From Podarcis pityusensis (Eukaryota), in assembly GCA_964106645.2 (NCBI GenBank), contig OZ067044.1: 64,000 bases of DNA; one strand, 5' to 3'. A program made the position numbers and the translations under genes. The notes beneath the pieces are model-generated. The model was not told where the DNA came from. It did no database searches and worked only from the letters and a program-made list of their open reading frames with translations. Position 1 is the stretch's first letter, and the number at the start of each line of letters is the position of its first letter. Positions 1 through 12,242 of the stretch are shown here, piece after piece.

Positions 1-3000
1 GTAGGCTTCGTGAAATGAAAAAGGAGGGACCTACACTATAATAGAACCATTCAGTTGAGATAAAAGAGGAAAGTACCTGGACATTGCTCAACTGTCAGCT
101 GTATTGACTAGATCTGAGGAGCCCATAAATTAATGGTGCCTGTTGCTCATATGTAACTAACAGCTGTAGCCCACACAAGTTACAGGCTCCAGCATGTATT
201 TCCCCCTTTCGATTCAAGTGGGCCGTAGGGGTGCTGTTAGGATTAATTGGTTAACAATTGTAAACAGCTTTGAAGATGAAAAGTTGTTTCTGTGTCTTAG
301 GTGGTATTATAATTTATTTTTATTAGTGCAGCTCTGGGCCATATTGGAAAACTTGACTACACAGCACTTTGACCACACTTTGAACGGCCTTTCTTAAGTC
401 TTAAGATCTTTCAGGTGACTGAGAATACTCTTCTGCAGAGAAAGCTTTAGCTGATGTTTTTGTCTGCTTAAATTAAGATGTCCCTTCCCAGGAAAAGATA
501 ATAGTTTTTTATTCCCCAAAGTGGATTTTTATATTTAGACCTTTTGATTATTGGCCTAGTTTTCAAAAGAACCGAGTGTCATATAGTTCCCGTTGACGTC
601 AATGGTACATAATACTGTTGGAAAAAAATCACACCACTTATTTAGGTGACTAAATATGCTTTTGGGAACCTAAAATTAGGCTCTTGAGCTTCAAAAAATC
701 TTGGCTAGAATTCTACAAACCTTCTGGCACAACAACCCAGCATTTATTCTGTATATATATTTACGTATACTTTACCCCAAAAAAGCCATATGATCTCCTT
801 TTTTAGATGGTTGCTCTGTGAAATATATATGATCAAAATTTTCATTGTTCTTTCTATTCCTTTTTACTATATTTTTTATTTTTAAAAAAAAGTTTATACC
901 AGATTATGCAAAATATTATATTTCTCCATATACAAGCTTGTCAGCTTTAAAACTTTGGTTTTAAGATAAAGCTTTAAAAATGTTAAACTGGGGTAAATGT
1001 ATTATAATCAGTTCACAATTTCATTTTTAATCGTTAATTTGAATAGTATGTCTGTGACACCAGGTTATACCAACACTGTGTGGACAGAGTCCTGCTTGTG
1101 GAACAAGATTTCCATTTCCTCTCATTCCTTAAATCCCCTCCTATCTGCTCCAGCCCCACCCCCTCTTCCAATCTGATTTTGTGGGTTTATGAGAGGGTTG
1201 GTAGGGACGGGAGAGGAAGGGAAGCTTCGTTGCACACACAGAAATCTGTTGCATGAGCACTGAATGAGCACAATCTGCAGCACTGAATACAGCCCAGGGC
1301 ATCTGGGATTGTTAAACATTTGTCCAAGTGAGCCTCCTGAAAATGGTTCCTTTTAATCATCAAGGTGCAGGCTGCATTTGTATGGAATGCTAAGCCATTG
1401 TTTAGCCTTATCATGGCTTGCTTGAACGTCCAAGCCCACTCTGAGCAAGCAACCATGGTTTAGTTTATTACAACAAACCATGGTTTATTGTTGGCTTACG
1501 AATCTTGGTGTGTTTTAATAAACATTTGCCATAACATCTGAACCCAGAATTCTGGCTTAATCCTGGATAGTTTTGATGCCTTACTCAAAATAGTTTGCCA
1601 AACTAGAGCAGCACAAAGCAAGAACAGTTAGAAAATGAAACTGCTTCCCTGAGTAGGCAATTCTCTATGGACCTTTTCAGAAGTAGCACTTGTTCTTACT
1701 ACAACTTGGCAACAACCTTCTTTCTCTTCCCAACTACTCCCTCTCAAGCAACCTGCCTAGTTTTGCCACTTCATAATAATAATAGGAAGAAGAAGAAAAA
1801 GTGGGTTCCATCTGCATTGTTTCTAACCATGTTTAATGGGAACAGTAACCGGGCCTGGAATCAGTGTTTTAAACAAGGAATTATAAAACCTGATTACCAG
1901 GGAATTTTATTCATGTTAACCATGGTTTTCAGCAATGCAAACATAAAAAGCTGCATGTGGCTAAAGCAAGCTTATGGAGGCAGGGGGAATTTGCACAGGA
2001 GAGTGATAGGGAAGGGGATGGAGTGCCTGAGTCCACAAAATGCTCTGATCACCTAAACGTCACAAGGAAAATCAGGAATTTGATGACTGAACCTGGGACT
2101 TGCATCATGTAACAGTATCTTGGTGCAAGTCATACTCTGAGTAAGTTCAGTCATGACAGAAAGAAAGCAGTGAAGGCACACACAACTTTATCAATACTAA
2201 ACAGCATATTGAGAAAGTCGTTCTCCTGTATTGCTTAACTTGATGTAGATTGTTTACAAAAATCCCAGATGTGGTTCTGATTAAAATCTGGTTTAAATCC
2301 TATTTATGCTTTCATCTTTAATATTTAGAAAACTTAAAAAAGGAGAGTAAAATTTACATAAATGTCCTGCTGCCTTTATCAATTTAGTGGTGTATGTGTA
2401 AAAAAACCACCCTGCTTTGTTTCTTTCTTCCATATTTCTTCAATTAAATTCATCAAACTTTTGCATTTTACCAAATCTCTTTTCTCTCTCCCCACTCAAT
2501 CAGTAAGGGCCTAGGTATATGACATACCATTTGTTAAAGTAATAATTTTATGAATTATAAAAACACATTCCAGGGTTTTGTGGGGGTGATCTGAATTGAC
2601 ATCCTAATGTGGAGGTTAGGGGGCGTTAGCCCTTGGACACCCACTTTGGTCCTGATGTAGCTTCCATGGCTATTTTCAACAGGAAAGAAATGCCTATTGG
2701 TGTGTATTACTGATTCTGTGAATAGCATTTTTGCCCTAGTTTCTATTAAATTTGGGGTGTTAATGTTGAACCAGAGACTGATGTCAATGTACTCTTAGCT
2801 GTAACAAATTATTGCAGGTTCTGGTGTTTTCAATTTAGGTGTTTGATTTAAATCAAAATATTTAGGTCACCTTCCAATTTTTCTAAGGTTTTTAATTTAA
2901 TTTTTCTACATTAAATGAAACCTGTGAAATCTGGTACAGTATAATCCATATAACTGATTCGAAAAATGCTTAATCGTCATTGTGCTCTTCACAGAATCCT

Positions 3001-5207
3001 AGGACCTGTAATGTTGCAGATCTCTGCAAATGGATAATGCTACCCTCTCACACAATTCATTTGTTTGGAATTATTATAATTTATACTACTTTAATATGTA
3101 GACAACACCTTACACCAGAAGAATTTGCACTGTCTAATTGGTGTATGAATATCCACCTTTTTTCATAAATGTCCTAATTTTGCCCTAAGATCAGGTCTAG
3201 AGAAAGGGGTAATTTGATGGAGCAAGACACAAACCAGGAGCTCAACAGACACAGCACCAACTTCCTGTATCATTAGGCACCCTCTTTACAGTAGCAAACC
3301 TCTGGCAGTTTAGGACAATTGAGCTTTTTTTTGGGGGGGGGGGGGCAAACCCTATAGTTCAAACCACTATACAGCTTTTCTAAACCAAGGGTAGCCAGTG
3401 TGGGGTAGTCAAACATGGATTTGATGTAGCAGTTTAGATATAGACTACAGCCCCAGATAGCCATTTATTAAGGATAATGGGAGTTGTAGTCCCAAACACC
3501 TAGACTCTACTACATTAGCTACTTTGGTCCTTGATTACAACATTCCAAATATTGAAATCTTGTGATCCCAGAGAGCCAATCCAATGTCTTTCCTTGCTAC
3601 TAAGTTACAGAGGTTGCTGAGCAAATTATTGCTATGGAAAGCTTTCAGTTCATTTCTTCCAGACTCTTCCTTATTGCCTGTCTGCCTATTTCCTTACTTC
3701 CAGACCTGCCTTCTAGTAGGTTTCCTGCCTTTGCTGTGCACTTAAAACCCAGGAACTATGACACTGTCTGAGCTTCCTTTCTAGGATGTGAACTGCATCT
3801 TGGCATGCCTCATCTACTTTCAGTTTGCACTATCCAAAAACTCCCTAGTATATTATAATATACAGGAGGAAAAGGATCAGCTCTTGTTAAAAGGATGGGT
3901 GTGCTTGTGAGCCAAATGCAGTTCTTAATGAAGACAGTAGGAGCCTAGCCACTGGCTTTAGTTGGACTAGATTTCCCCATTCATTTTTCCAGCAACTAGT
4001 GTTGCTATGGCAATAACACATTTCTTACAAGTGTTTGGTCCTGTATAACAAAGTCCAGGGCTCATTTACTCTACTCTCCCAGTCCACTTAATTTGGCCGG
4101 GTTTGCTTTATATGTGGCATTTCCCCCCACAAAAAATAATGTATGGGAGAAAGCACATATGTACACACATTCATATGTATTTTGCCATTTTAAGTACGCA
4201 GTTTGGGAAAGCTGTTGAAACTGCGCTGTATTTGTGGCAAAATTGTATGCATTGTGAATTCATGTGCTTGTTTAGTAACAATATTTCCTTATCCAGATAT
4301 GATCCTTGCATAGGAACATTGTTGTATGGCGTACACATCCCTTAGTATTGTTGAACTCCAGTACATAAGATGTGTTTCTGCATGTGCATTTTTGGAATAA
4401 GGATTTGGTTGCAGACTTGTGGATGTTTTGGTACAGGACAAAGCCTTTTTTGGAAAGAAAAAAAAAAGTAAATCCATTTTATTACAAATCCTCTCACTCC
4501 GGGGTCCTGATCCTGACTGGGGAGTCTGTGTGCTACTGTAATGCTAATAAAACAGTATCATGTTAGCTCATAAAACGTATTCTGTTACTATGGCATACAC
4601 AGGAAATTGGCAACATATTGTTCCAATGTGGGAACATATGTTTTACATAGTTCAGTAATACAGTACTTTGCATGGTCTGCTTGAATGAAAATAGGCATGT
4701 GTGTTATTCTAAGGTATATAAGACACTTATATTGCCTGTACTGGAGATTGCATATTAGGTAATTCCCCTGCTTTGCTAGTTGAAGTTTTATGATTGATCC
4801 AAGTTTCTCTCAACCCCCGCCCCTGCCCCACATTTCACAGCACCGTGTAATACTCTACCACATAATCTGGTCTCTTGCTTTTAAAAAGACAAGTCTCTTA
4901 AATAAAAACCTTGATAATTTCCATAAAAGAAAAAATACTATTTGTTTCCTGCACAAAGCAATTGCATTTGAATTAATCAGTTTTAGCTCCAATAGCTCCC
5001 TGTGCTCTGATTTGTTTTTAATGAACTATATATTGTTGAAGGAAGCAAAGTTATCAAATACAATTGGACAATTTAAGTGAAACTCCATGCAGCAAATTAC
5101 GTGTATATCACAGGTTCACAATCTGTTTGCCATTTTATCATTAAATCCAAACCCTGTAGTTGCAAAATAAATTGAATCACAATAAAGACAATTATTTTGA
5201 AGTATTA

Positions 5208-5417
5208 CAGTCAAACCTTGGTTGCCGAACGTAATCTGTTCTGCAAGACCTTTTGACTTCCGAAATGTTTGATAACCGAGGTGTGGCTTTTTGCACTCAA
5301 GCGGAAGCCGCATCGGGCGTTCGGGTTCCGAAAAACGTTCAAAAACTGGAGCATTTTCGTCCGGGTTTTTGGCGTTTGGTACGATAATGGAGGCATTCGG
5401 GAACCGAGGTTTGACTG
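5208..5417. mobile_element. Tc1/mariner (Tigger-like) MITE
   Basis: TIRs cagtcaaaccttggtt / aaccgaggtttgactg, TA on both sides, CpG-rich interior. Confidence 0.9.
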
Positions 5418-6033
5418 TATTCCTGTGGGAAAAAAATCCAAGAAAAATAAACATTGGTTTCCAGTTTTCATGATATGCATCCAGTTTTTGCCTATCCACA
5501 CATATGGTAATAAAACAAGGGAGTTAATTTTGCACAATTCTCATGAGTTCTAACAGCCATTTGTTAAAAAATAGAACTATTTTTGGTTTCCAAAGCTCAC
5601 TATTTCCATTGCTGATGTGAACACCTTTTTTATAGCTGCTCCGATAAGACTTCAAACACATTTAATTAAACTAGCAAATAACAACAAAAGCCCATAACAG
5701 GTGCCAGGGGCAGAACAGGTAACTTAAGAACCTAAGAAGAGACTCATCTAGTCCTACACTGCTCTCACACTGGCCAACCAGATGCCTGAGAGCAGCAGCA
5801 TTTTCACCATTTGTGATTCCCAGGAAATGGTATTTAGAATCATACTGTCTCAGACAGTGAAGGTAGAATATGGTGCACATGTTCTCTGTGACAGTGGAGG
5901 TAGAGCACACCCATAGCAATTAATTTAGTACCAGTCTAAAACTGTACATAGAGCATGGAGATAGGAGTGTCTGTATCGCTGGGAGTGAGTGGGAAATGAG
6001 TTGCAGGGGACATTGGAATGCTAGGTTTATAAA

Positions 6034-6158
6034 TCAGGGGTCAGCAAACTTTTTCAGCAGGGGGCCAGTCCACTGTCCCTCAGACCTTGTGGGGGGCCCG
6101 GACTATATTTTGAAGGGGGGGAAATGAATGAATTCCTATGCCCCACAAATAACTCAGA
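6034..6158 (+). mobile_element. Left part of a hAT-type non-autonomous DNA transposon, interrupted by the CR1
   Basis: caggggtcagcaaac...gaatgaattcctatgccccacaaataac closely matches the copy at 18725-18830. Confidence 0.8.
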
Positions 6159-8556
6159 ATCATAGAATCAAAGAATCATAGAGTTGGAAGAGACCACAAG
6201 GGCCATCGAGTCCAACCCCCTGCCAAGCAGGAAACACCATCAGAGCACTCCTGACATATGGTTGTCAAGCCTCTGCTTAAAGACGTCCAAAGAAGGAGAC
6301 TCCACCACACTCCTTGGCAGCAAATTCCACTGTTGAACAGCTCTTACTGTCAGGAAGTTCTTCCTAATGTTTAGGTGGAATCTTCTTTCTTGTAGTTTGG
6401 ATCCACTGCTCCGTGTCTGCTTCTCTGGAGCAGCAGAAAACAACCTTTCTCCCTCCTCTATGTGACATCCTTTCATATATTTGAACATGGCTATCATATC
6501 ACCCCTTAACCTCCTCTTCTCCAGGCTAAACATGCCCAGCTCCCTTAGCCGTTCCTCATAAGGCATCGTTTCCAGGCCTTTGACCATTTTGGTTGCCCTC
6601 CTCTGGACACGTTCCAGTTTGTCAGTGTCCTTCTTGAACTGTGGTGCCCAGAACTGGACACAATACTCCAGGTGAGGTCTGACCAGAGCAGAATACAGTG
6701 GCACTATTACTTCCCTTGATCTAGATGCTATACTCCTATTGATGCAGCCCAGGATTGCATTGGCTTTTTTAGCTGCCGCGTCACACTGTTGGCTCATGTC
6801 AAGTTTGTGGTCAACCAAGACTCCTAGATCCTTTTCACATGTACTGCTCTCAAGCCAGGTGTCACCCATCTTGTATTTGTGCCTCTCATTTTTTTTGCCC
6901 AAGTGCAATACTTTACATTTCTCCCTGTTAAAATGCATCTTGTTTGTTTTGGCCCAGTTCTCTAATCTGTCAAGGTCGTTTTGAAGTGTGATCCTGTCCT
7001 CTGGGGTGTTAGCCACCCCTCCCAGTGGTGTCATCTGCAAATTTGATCAGGATGCCCTTGAGTCCATCATCCAAGTCGTTGATAAAGATGTTGAATAAGA
7101 CCAGGCCCAAGACAGAACCCTGTGGCACCCCACTAGTCACTCTTCTCCAGGATGAAGAGGAACCATTGATGAGCACCCTTTGGGTTCGATCAGTCAGCCA
7201 GTTACAAATCCAGAGTGGTAGCATAGTCAAGACCGCATTTTACCAGCTTCTTTACAAGAATATCATGGGGCACCTTGTCAAATGCCTTGCTGAAATCGAG
7301 GTAGGCTACATCCACTGCGTTCCCTTCATCTACCAGGCTTGTAATTCTGTCAAAAAACGAGATCAGGTTAGCCTGACATGACTTATTTTTCAGAAATCCA
7401 TGCTGACTATTGGTGATCACAGCATTCTTTTCTAGGTGCTCACAGACTGTTTGCTTAATGATCTGCTCCAGAATCTTCCCTGGTATTGATGTCAGACTGA
7501 CTGGGCGGTAATTATTTGGGTCCTCTCTTTTCCCCTTTTTTGAAAATAGGAACAACATTTGCCCTCCTCCAGTCTGCCGGGACTTTGCCTGTTCTCCAGG
7601 AATTCTCAAAGATGACTGCCAGTGGTTCTGAGATCACATCTGCCAGTTCTTTTAATACTCTTGGATGCAGTTCATCTGGCCCTGGAGACTGGAATACATC
7701 TAAACTAGCCAAGTATTCTTGTACTATCTCCTTAGTTATTCTGGGCTGTGTTTCCTTTGCTGAATCATTTGCTCCAAATTCTTCATGTCGGGCATTGTTT
7801 TCTTTATCGGAGAAGACTGAGGCAAAGAAGGCATTGAGGAGTTCAGCCCTTTCTGTGTCCCCTGTTTGCATTTCACCATCTTCTCCTCTGAGTGACCCCA
7901 CTGTTTCTTTGTTCTTCCTTTTGCTACGAACATACCCATAAAAGCCTTTTTTGTTGCTTTTAACCTCTCTAGCAAGCCTGAGTTCATTCTGTGCTTTAGC
8001 TTTTCTGACTTTGTGTCTACACGTGCTGGCTATTTGTTTGAATTCCTCTTTGGTGGTTTCCCCCATTTTCCATTTTTTGTACACATCCTTTTTTAATCTT
8101 AACTCAGTTAAAAGTTCTTTAGATAGCCACCCTGGCTTCTTTAGGCACCTTCCATGTTTCCGTCTCATTGGTATTGCCTGAAGTTGTGCTTTTACTATCT
8201 CCCTCTTAACAAACTCCCAGCCATCATGAACTCCCTTTCCTTTTAGTATTACTGTCCATGGGATCTCACCCAGCACTTCCCTAAGTTTTATGAAGTCGGC
8301 TTTCTTAAAGTCAAGAAATTGAGTCCTAGTATGCTTGGCTGCTCCTTTCCGCTGTATAGTAAACTTCAGAAGAGCATGATCACTCGCGCCTAATGATCCT
8401 TCCACTTCTACCCCACTAACCAGGTCATCAACATTGGTTAGGACCAGATCTAAAATGGCTGTTCCTCTTGTTGCTTCTCCCACTTTCTGGACAATGAAGT
8501 TGTCTGCAAGGCCAGTGAGGAATCTGTTTGACCTTATGCTCTTGGCTGAGTTTGAC
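6156..8556 (-). mobile_element. CR1 LINE, 5'-truncated (partial endonuclease plus reverse transcriptase ORF2, 3 frameshifts)
   Basis: Four consecutive minus-strand ORFs (8483-7512, 7609-7202, 7230-7009, 7040-6240) give typical CR1 ORF2 motifs: [75 protein letters not shown]. The 3' tail is (ATTCTATG)-like repeats at about 6156-6181. Confidence 0.97.
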
Positions 8557-8698
8557 AGAGATGGACTGAAATAATAGAATCTCTAGAGGGGTAGCTATGC
8601 TAGCATGTGGCTACAACAGTTTTGTGGCACCTTAAAGACTAAAAAAAAACCTGTCATAAACCTGGGTAGCTTATATAGTACCCTCCATATGTTTTTGA

Positions 8699-8964
8699 GA
8701 GAGCCAGTGTGGTGTAGTAGTTAAGAGCGGTAGTCTCGTAATCTGGGGCACCGGGTTTGCGTCCCCGCTCCTCCACATGCAGCTGCTGGATGACCTTGGG
8801 CCAGTCACACTTCTTTGAAGTCTCTCAGCCCCACTCACCTCACAGAGTGTTTGTTGTGGGGGAGGAAGGGAAAGGAGAATGTTAGCAGCTTTGAGACTTC
8901 TCAAAGCTGAAAGGGAGTGAAAGGCGGGATATCAAATCCAAACTCCTCTTCTTCTTCTACTTCT
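8699..8964 (+). mobile_element. tRNA-derived CORE-type SINE (Squam3-like)
   Basis: A-box-like tggtgtagtagtta, B-box-like gggtttgcgtccc, CORE-like tgaccttgggccagtcac and (TTC)n tail; near-identical to 62561-62863. Confidence 0.88.
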
Positions 8965-9861
8965 TTGGTTCCACTTCCCATGATTCCTGACCATTGGCCA
9001 TACATATTGAGGCTGACAGGGATTGTAGACTAGCAATATTTGGAGGGGGCGATGTTGACTACCTCTGGTCTAAGCTTTTGTACTTTAGTCCATTAAAGCT
9101 TTTTTCCAAAATAAATGTAGGCTAGTTTTTAAGATGCCACAAGACTAACACAGTGAGTAGCAGAGACTATCCTGTAATTTGGTTCTCCTCAATTTGCAGC
9201 AGTTTTAAATTAAGTGTCGATTTTTTTTTATTCCATGATACGTTCTAAATACAGATTGCTTCTTTTCAAAGCTTGTATTACCTGTTGTATTTTTTCCTGT
9301 TTATCAATATAAATTTAATTCACACTTTATTATTGTTGTTGTTGTTGTTAGTATTATTTTCAAGACTTTAGCCTTGGCCCTCACATTGCTGGATCCTATC
9401 CCAGAATTGGAACCCTGGTCATTCGTGCTTCCAGATCACTCGGATTGTAATTCACACATGTAACTATACACTTGAAGGCCACTCACTACAGCTGTTTGCA
9501 GTGTATGGGGAAACATCTGGAAAGCAACATGTGACATTGAGGGCAGGGCCCCCTTTCTCGCTCTTGGATTTTGTCAGTATGGGACCAATAGTGCCTGCAT
9601 AGGATTAGGGAAGGAGATAGAAAGGAGACATAGAGTGAAGAACAGACCTAGAAAAGAATAATGAGAGATATAATGAAGATAAATAATGAAGAGTAGATAC
9701 GATTTGGCATGTTGGGTTTAAAGGTGGAACCTAGTGCTGGAATGGTTAAAAGCTACTGGAACAGGAAATATTTGTTTCTATGCATTTTTGGCGTCTTTGG
9801 GGAAATAAATGGATGTAGGTTATGCAATATTAATTTTGCTTTCATTTTTCTCTCTTATCAG

Positions 9862-10468
9862 GAGAGTCCATAACTGTTACAAATGCCGTCAGTGCAGCTT
9901 TACAGCTGTTGATACTCAAACCCTACTGGAGCACTTCAACACTGTGCACTGCCAAGAGGTGGACATCACCACAGCCAATGGGGAAGATAGCCATGGGGTG
10001 GCTGCTGCTCTCAAGGAAGAGCCCAAAATTGACCTAAAGGTCTATAACCTGATCAGTGCAGACCCCAAACTGGGAGAGCCTGTCTCTGAAAGTATAGTGA
10101 AGAGGGAAAAGCTGGACGAGAAGGAAGTACTGAAGGAGAAATGTTGGCCTGATGGGTCCAGTGACGATCACCGTGGTGCACCTTGGAGAGGAGTGGACAT
10201 TTTGAGGGGGAGCCCTTCCTTTACCCAAACAAGCTTGGGCCTTCTGACCACAGTGTCTGTGGGCCAAGAGCAGCCAAAGCCCTTAAGGGATAGTCCAAAC
10301 GTAGAAGCTGCCCATCTTGCACGGCCTGTTTATGGCTTGCCTGTCGAGACCAAGGGGTTCCTGCAAGGGGTGCCCCAAGGAAGCGGAGAGAAAGTTGGAC
10401 CACTCCCTCAGCCATATCCTGGATCTGGTGATAACAAGGCGAAGGATGAATCTCAGTCCCTCCTACGG
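9862..10468 (+). CDS. TRPS1: TRPS1 internal coding exon (607 nt): last N-terminal-cluster C2H2 zinc finger plus the linker up to just before the GATA-type finger
   Basis: The translation (R)[32 protein letters not shown]...KEEPKID...ESIVKREKL...DILRGSPS...[14 protein letters not shown]...KDESQSLLR matches my recollection of vertebrate TRPS1. A C-x2-C-x12-H-x4-H finger lies at 9884-9949. The acceptor is a pyrimidine tract ending in cag at 9861 (phase 2), and the donor is CGG|gtagga at 10468/10469 (phase 0). The ORF-track extensions (9809-9861, 10469-10570) are intronic. Confidence 0.95.
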
Positions 10469-11179
10469 GTAGGAAATTCTATTTTTATTTTTGTCTGTGC
10501 ATGTTTATGGTTCATTTATTCCGAGCTGATTCTCAGCAATCAAGCACACATTACTGATGTTGGCACTTGAAGCAATTCAGACTTACATGAGTAGATTGTA
10601 AAGGAATCGTTTTAAGAGCATTTGTACAAAGCTATACATGCTAGTTGCAGTAGTAAGTGATCTTTGTTTGCCTTTGCCATTAAATTTGGTTGTACTGCGA
10701 TAATCATTCCTGCTGATTTTGCAAGATGATGTTACATTTGGAAAAGAAAAGCACAGAACCCCAGAAGGCTGCACATCTGTTGCATAAAGCATCTAATCAC
10801 CTTCTAAATTTTAAGGTGGTTTGACAGTACACAGTTAAGCAAACCATCACTGGATCAAATAGCTGAAAATGTGAAACCTGAATCAAATAATAATGAAAAG
10901 TAGGTCTGGGATTTTATTTTATTTTATTAAAAGTACAACACATGGTGTAATTAAATATAACATTTGGCGCTTGTTTGGTTGTGTTGGAAACTAGGAATTG
11001 AGGAGGTGAAACTTTTGTACTCTGTACTGCATAAACATCTTTGTTGAGTCCTCAGAAACAAACCCATACCTATTACAGGCCTACCCTTAAAAATATATAT
11101 ATCAGAAGCTGTGGGCTCCTATAAATTTAATGTGTTTTATAACATATTAGCTTCCTGCCAGTGTTATATTGGAAGAAGG

Positions 11180-11368
11180 GCAGTGGCTTGGGGTGCCAGG
11201 GAACCTTATGCTTTCATAAGGTTTCAGTCCAATCCCTTCCATCTCCATGTGAAGCTGGGGAGACCCCCTTCTGAAACCCTGGAGAGTCATCGCCAGTCGA
11301 TGTAGACAACACTGAACTATATAGATTAATAGCCCAAGTCTGAATAAGGCAACTTCCTATGTTTCTAA
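11180..11368 (+). mobile_element. Old tRNA-derived SINE
   Basis: ctgaaaccctggagagtcatcgccagtcgatgtagacaacactgaacta...taaggcaacttcctatg. Related relics at about 27367-27562, 56800-56900 and 60180-60260. Confidence 0.55.
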
Positions 11369-12063
11369 GAACTCATAAACAGTCACATATCCAGGCTTAA
11401 TATTACCCATTTTGGGATCTAATGAAGTCCGTATTTCATGGTATGCTCACTATTGAGTTCAGCAATGACCCATAAGCTGAAAGGTCCTGGGCCTTTTTTT
11501 AAAAAGTTCCATGTACCACAGTTTTTTAACAGGTTGACTTTAGATGATGCAGATATTCTTCCCTGCATTGCCACCATCAACATTTTTTTGCTGTAGCATT
11601 GCCAGGAAGTAGGTGTTACAGATCTGGCTCAAAACGATCCTACCTTGGAGATACCAAGAACTGATTGCATAATGAATGAGTCCAGTAAACATTATTCAGT
11701 GTGATTTGGCACTGAAAGGGTAGTTCGGTTTGCTCCAATGAAGTATGGAGTGGGTCTAATCTTTGCTTACCTGTTGGGCTTGCTCTATGTGTATGGGATG
11801 CTCACATCACAAAGTCCAACCTCAACATATTTCATTTTGGTTTATTTGGGAAACATACCGAGGGAGAGTTTTGTTCAGAGAAAAAGAAGCATTTGAGAAA
11901 GCTAACTGAGAATAGCTGACCTATTTTCTCTCGAAAGAAAAACAAAACAAAAATAAGAGTTCTATTGTTAGAGCAGCTAGTCTTCCAATCTAAAATCAAA
12001 ATAGTCAGAATAAACTGAGCTATGCCAATTACGCAGTATGTTTTATTAATTCTTACCACTCAC

Positions 12064-12242
12064 CAGGGCCGGCCCACTCATGAGGCAAGGTGAGGCAACC
12101 TCAGGGGGCATGATCTACAGGGGCAGAGATACCAGTGTATTCTCCCCTTGTTCATGATGTACGTCTTCTTCACTAACCCCTTCTTCCCTGCAGGGGAGGG
12201 GGTGCTATTCTGTGGTTCACCTCAGGTATTGGGACAGCCCTG
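12064..12242. mobile_element. hAT-type MITE
   Basis: Ends cagggccggccc / gggacagccctg; 8-bp TSD ccactcac / ctactcac (7 of 8 match). Confidence 0.65.

Larger units (their letters stand above)
1..9861 (+). other. TRPS1: TRPS1 intron upstream of the exon (5' end outside window)
   Basis: Ends in tttcatttttctctcttatcag; no TRPS1-like coding sequence seen in 1-9861. Confidence 0.8.

Noticed and set aside
5116-5553. Overlapping ORF cluster (also 17774-18272)
   Set aside because: Produced by GC-richer, stop-poor MITE sequence; no transposase motifs.
6739-8181. Plus-strand ORFs of 76-141 aa
   Set aside because: Antisense shadows of CR1 ORF2.
9809-10570. Stand-alone 253-aa single-exon gene
   Set aside because: Only 9862-10468 is TRPS1-like and it has canonical splice sites; the ATG and the tail are intronic.
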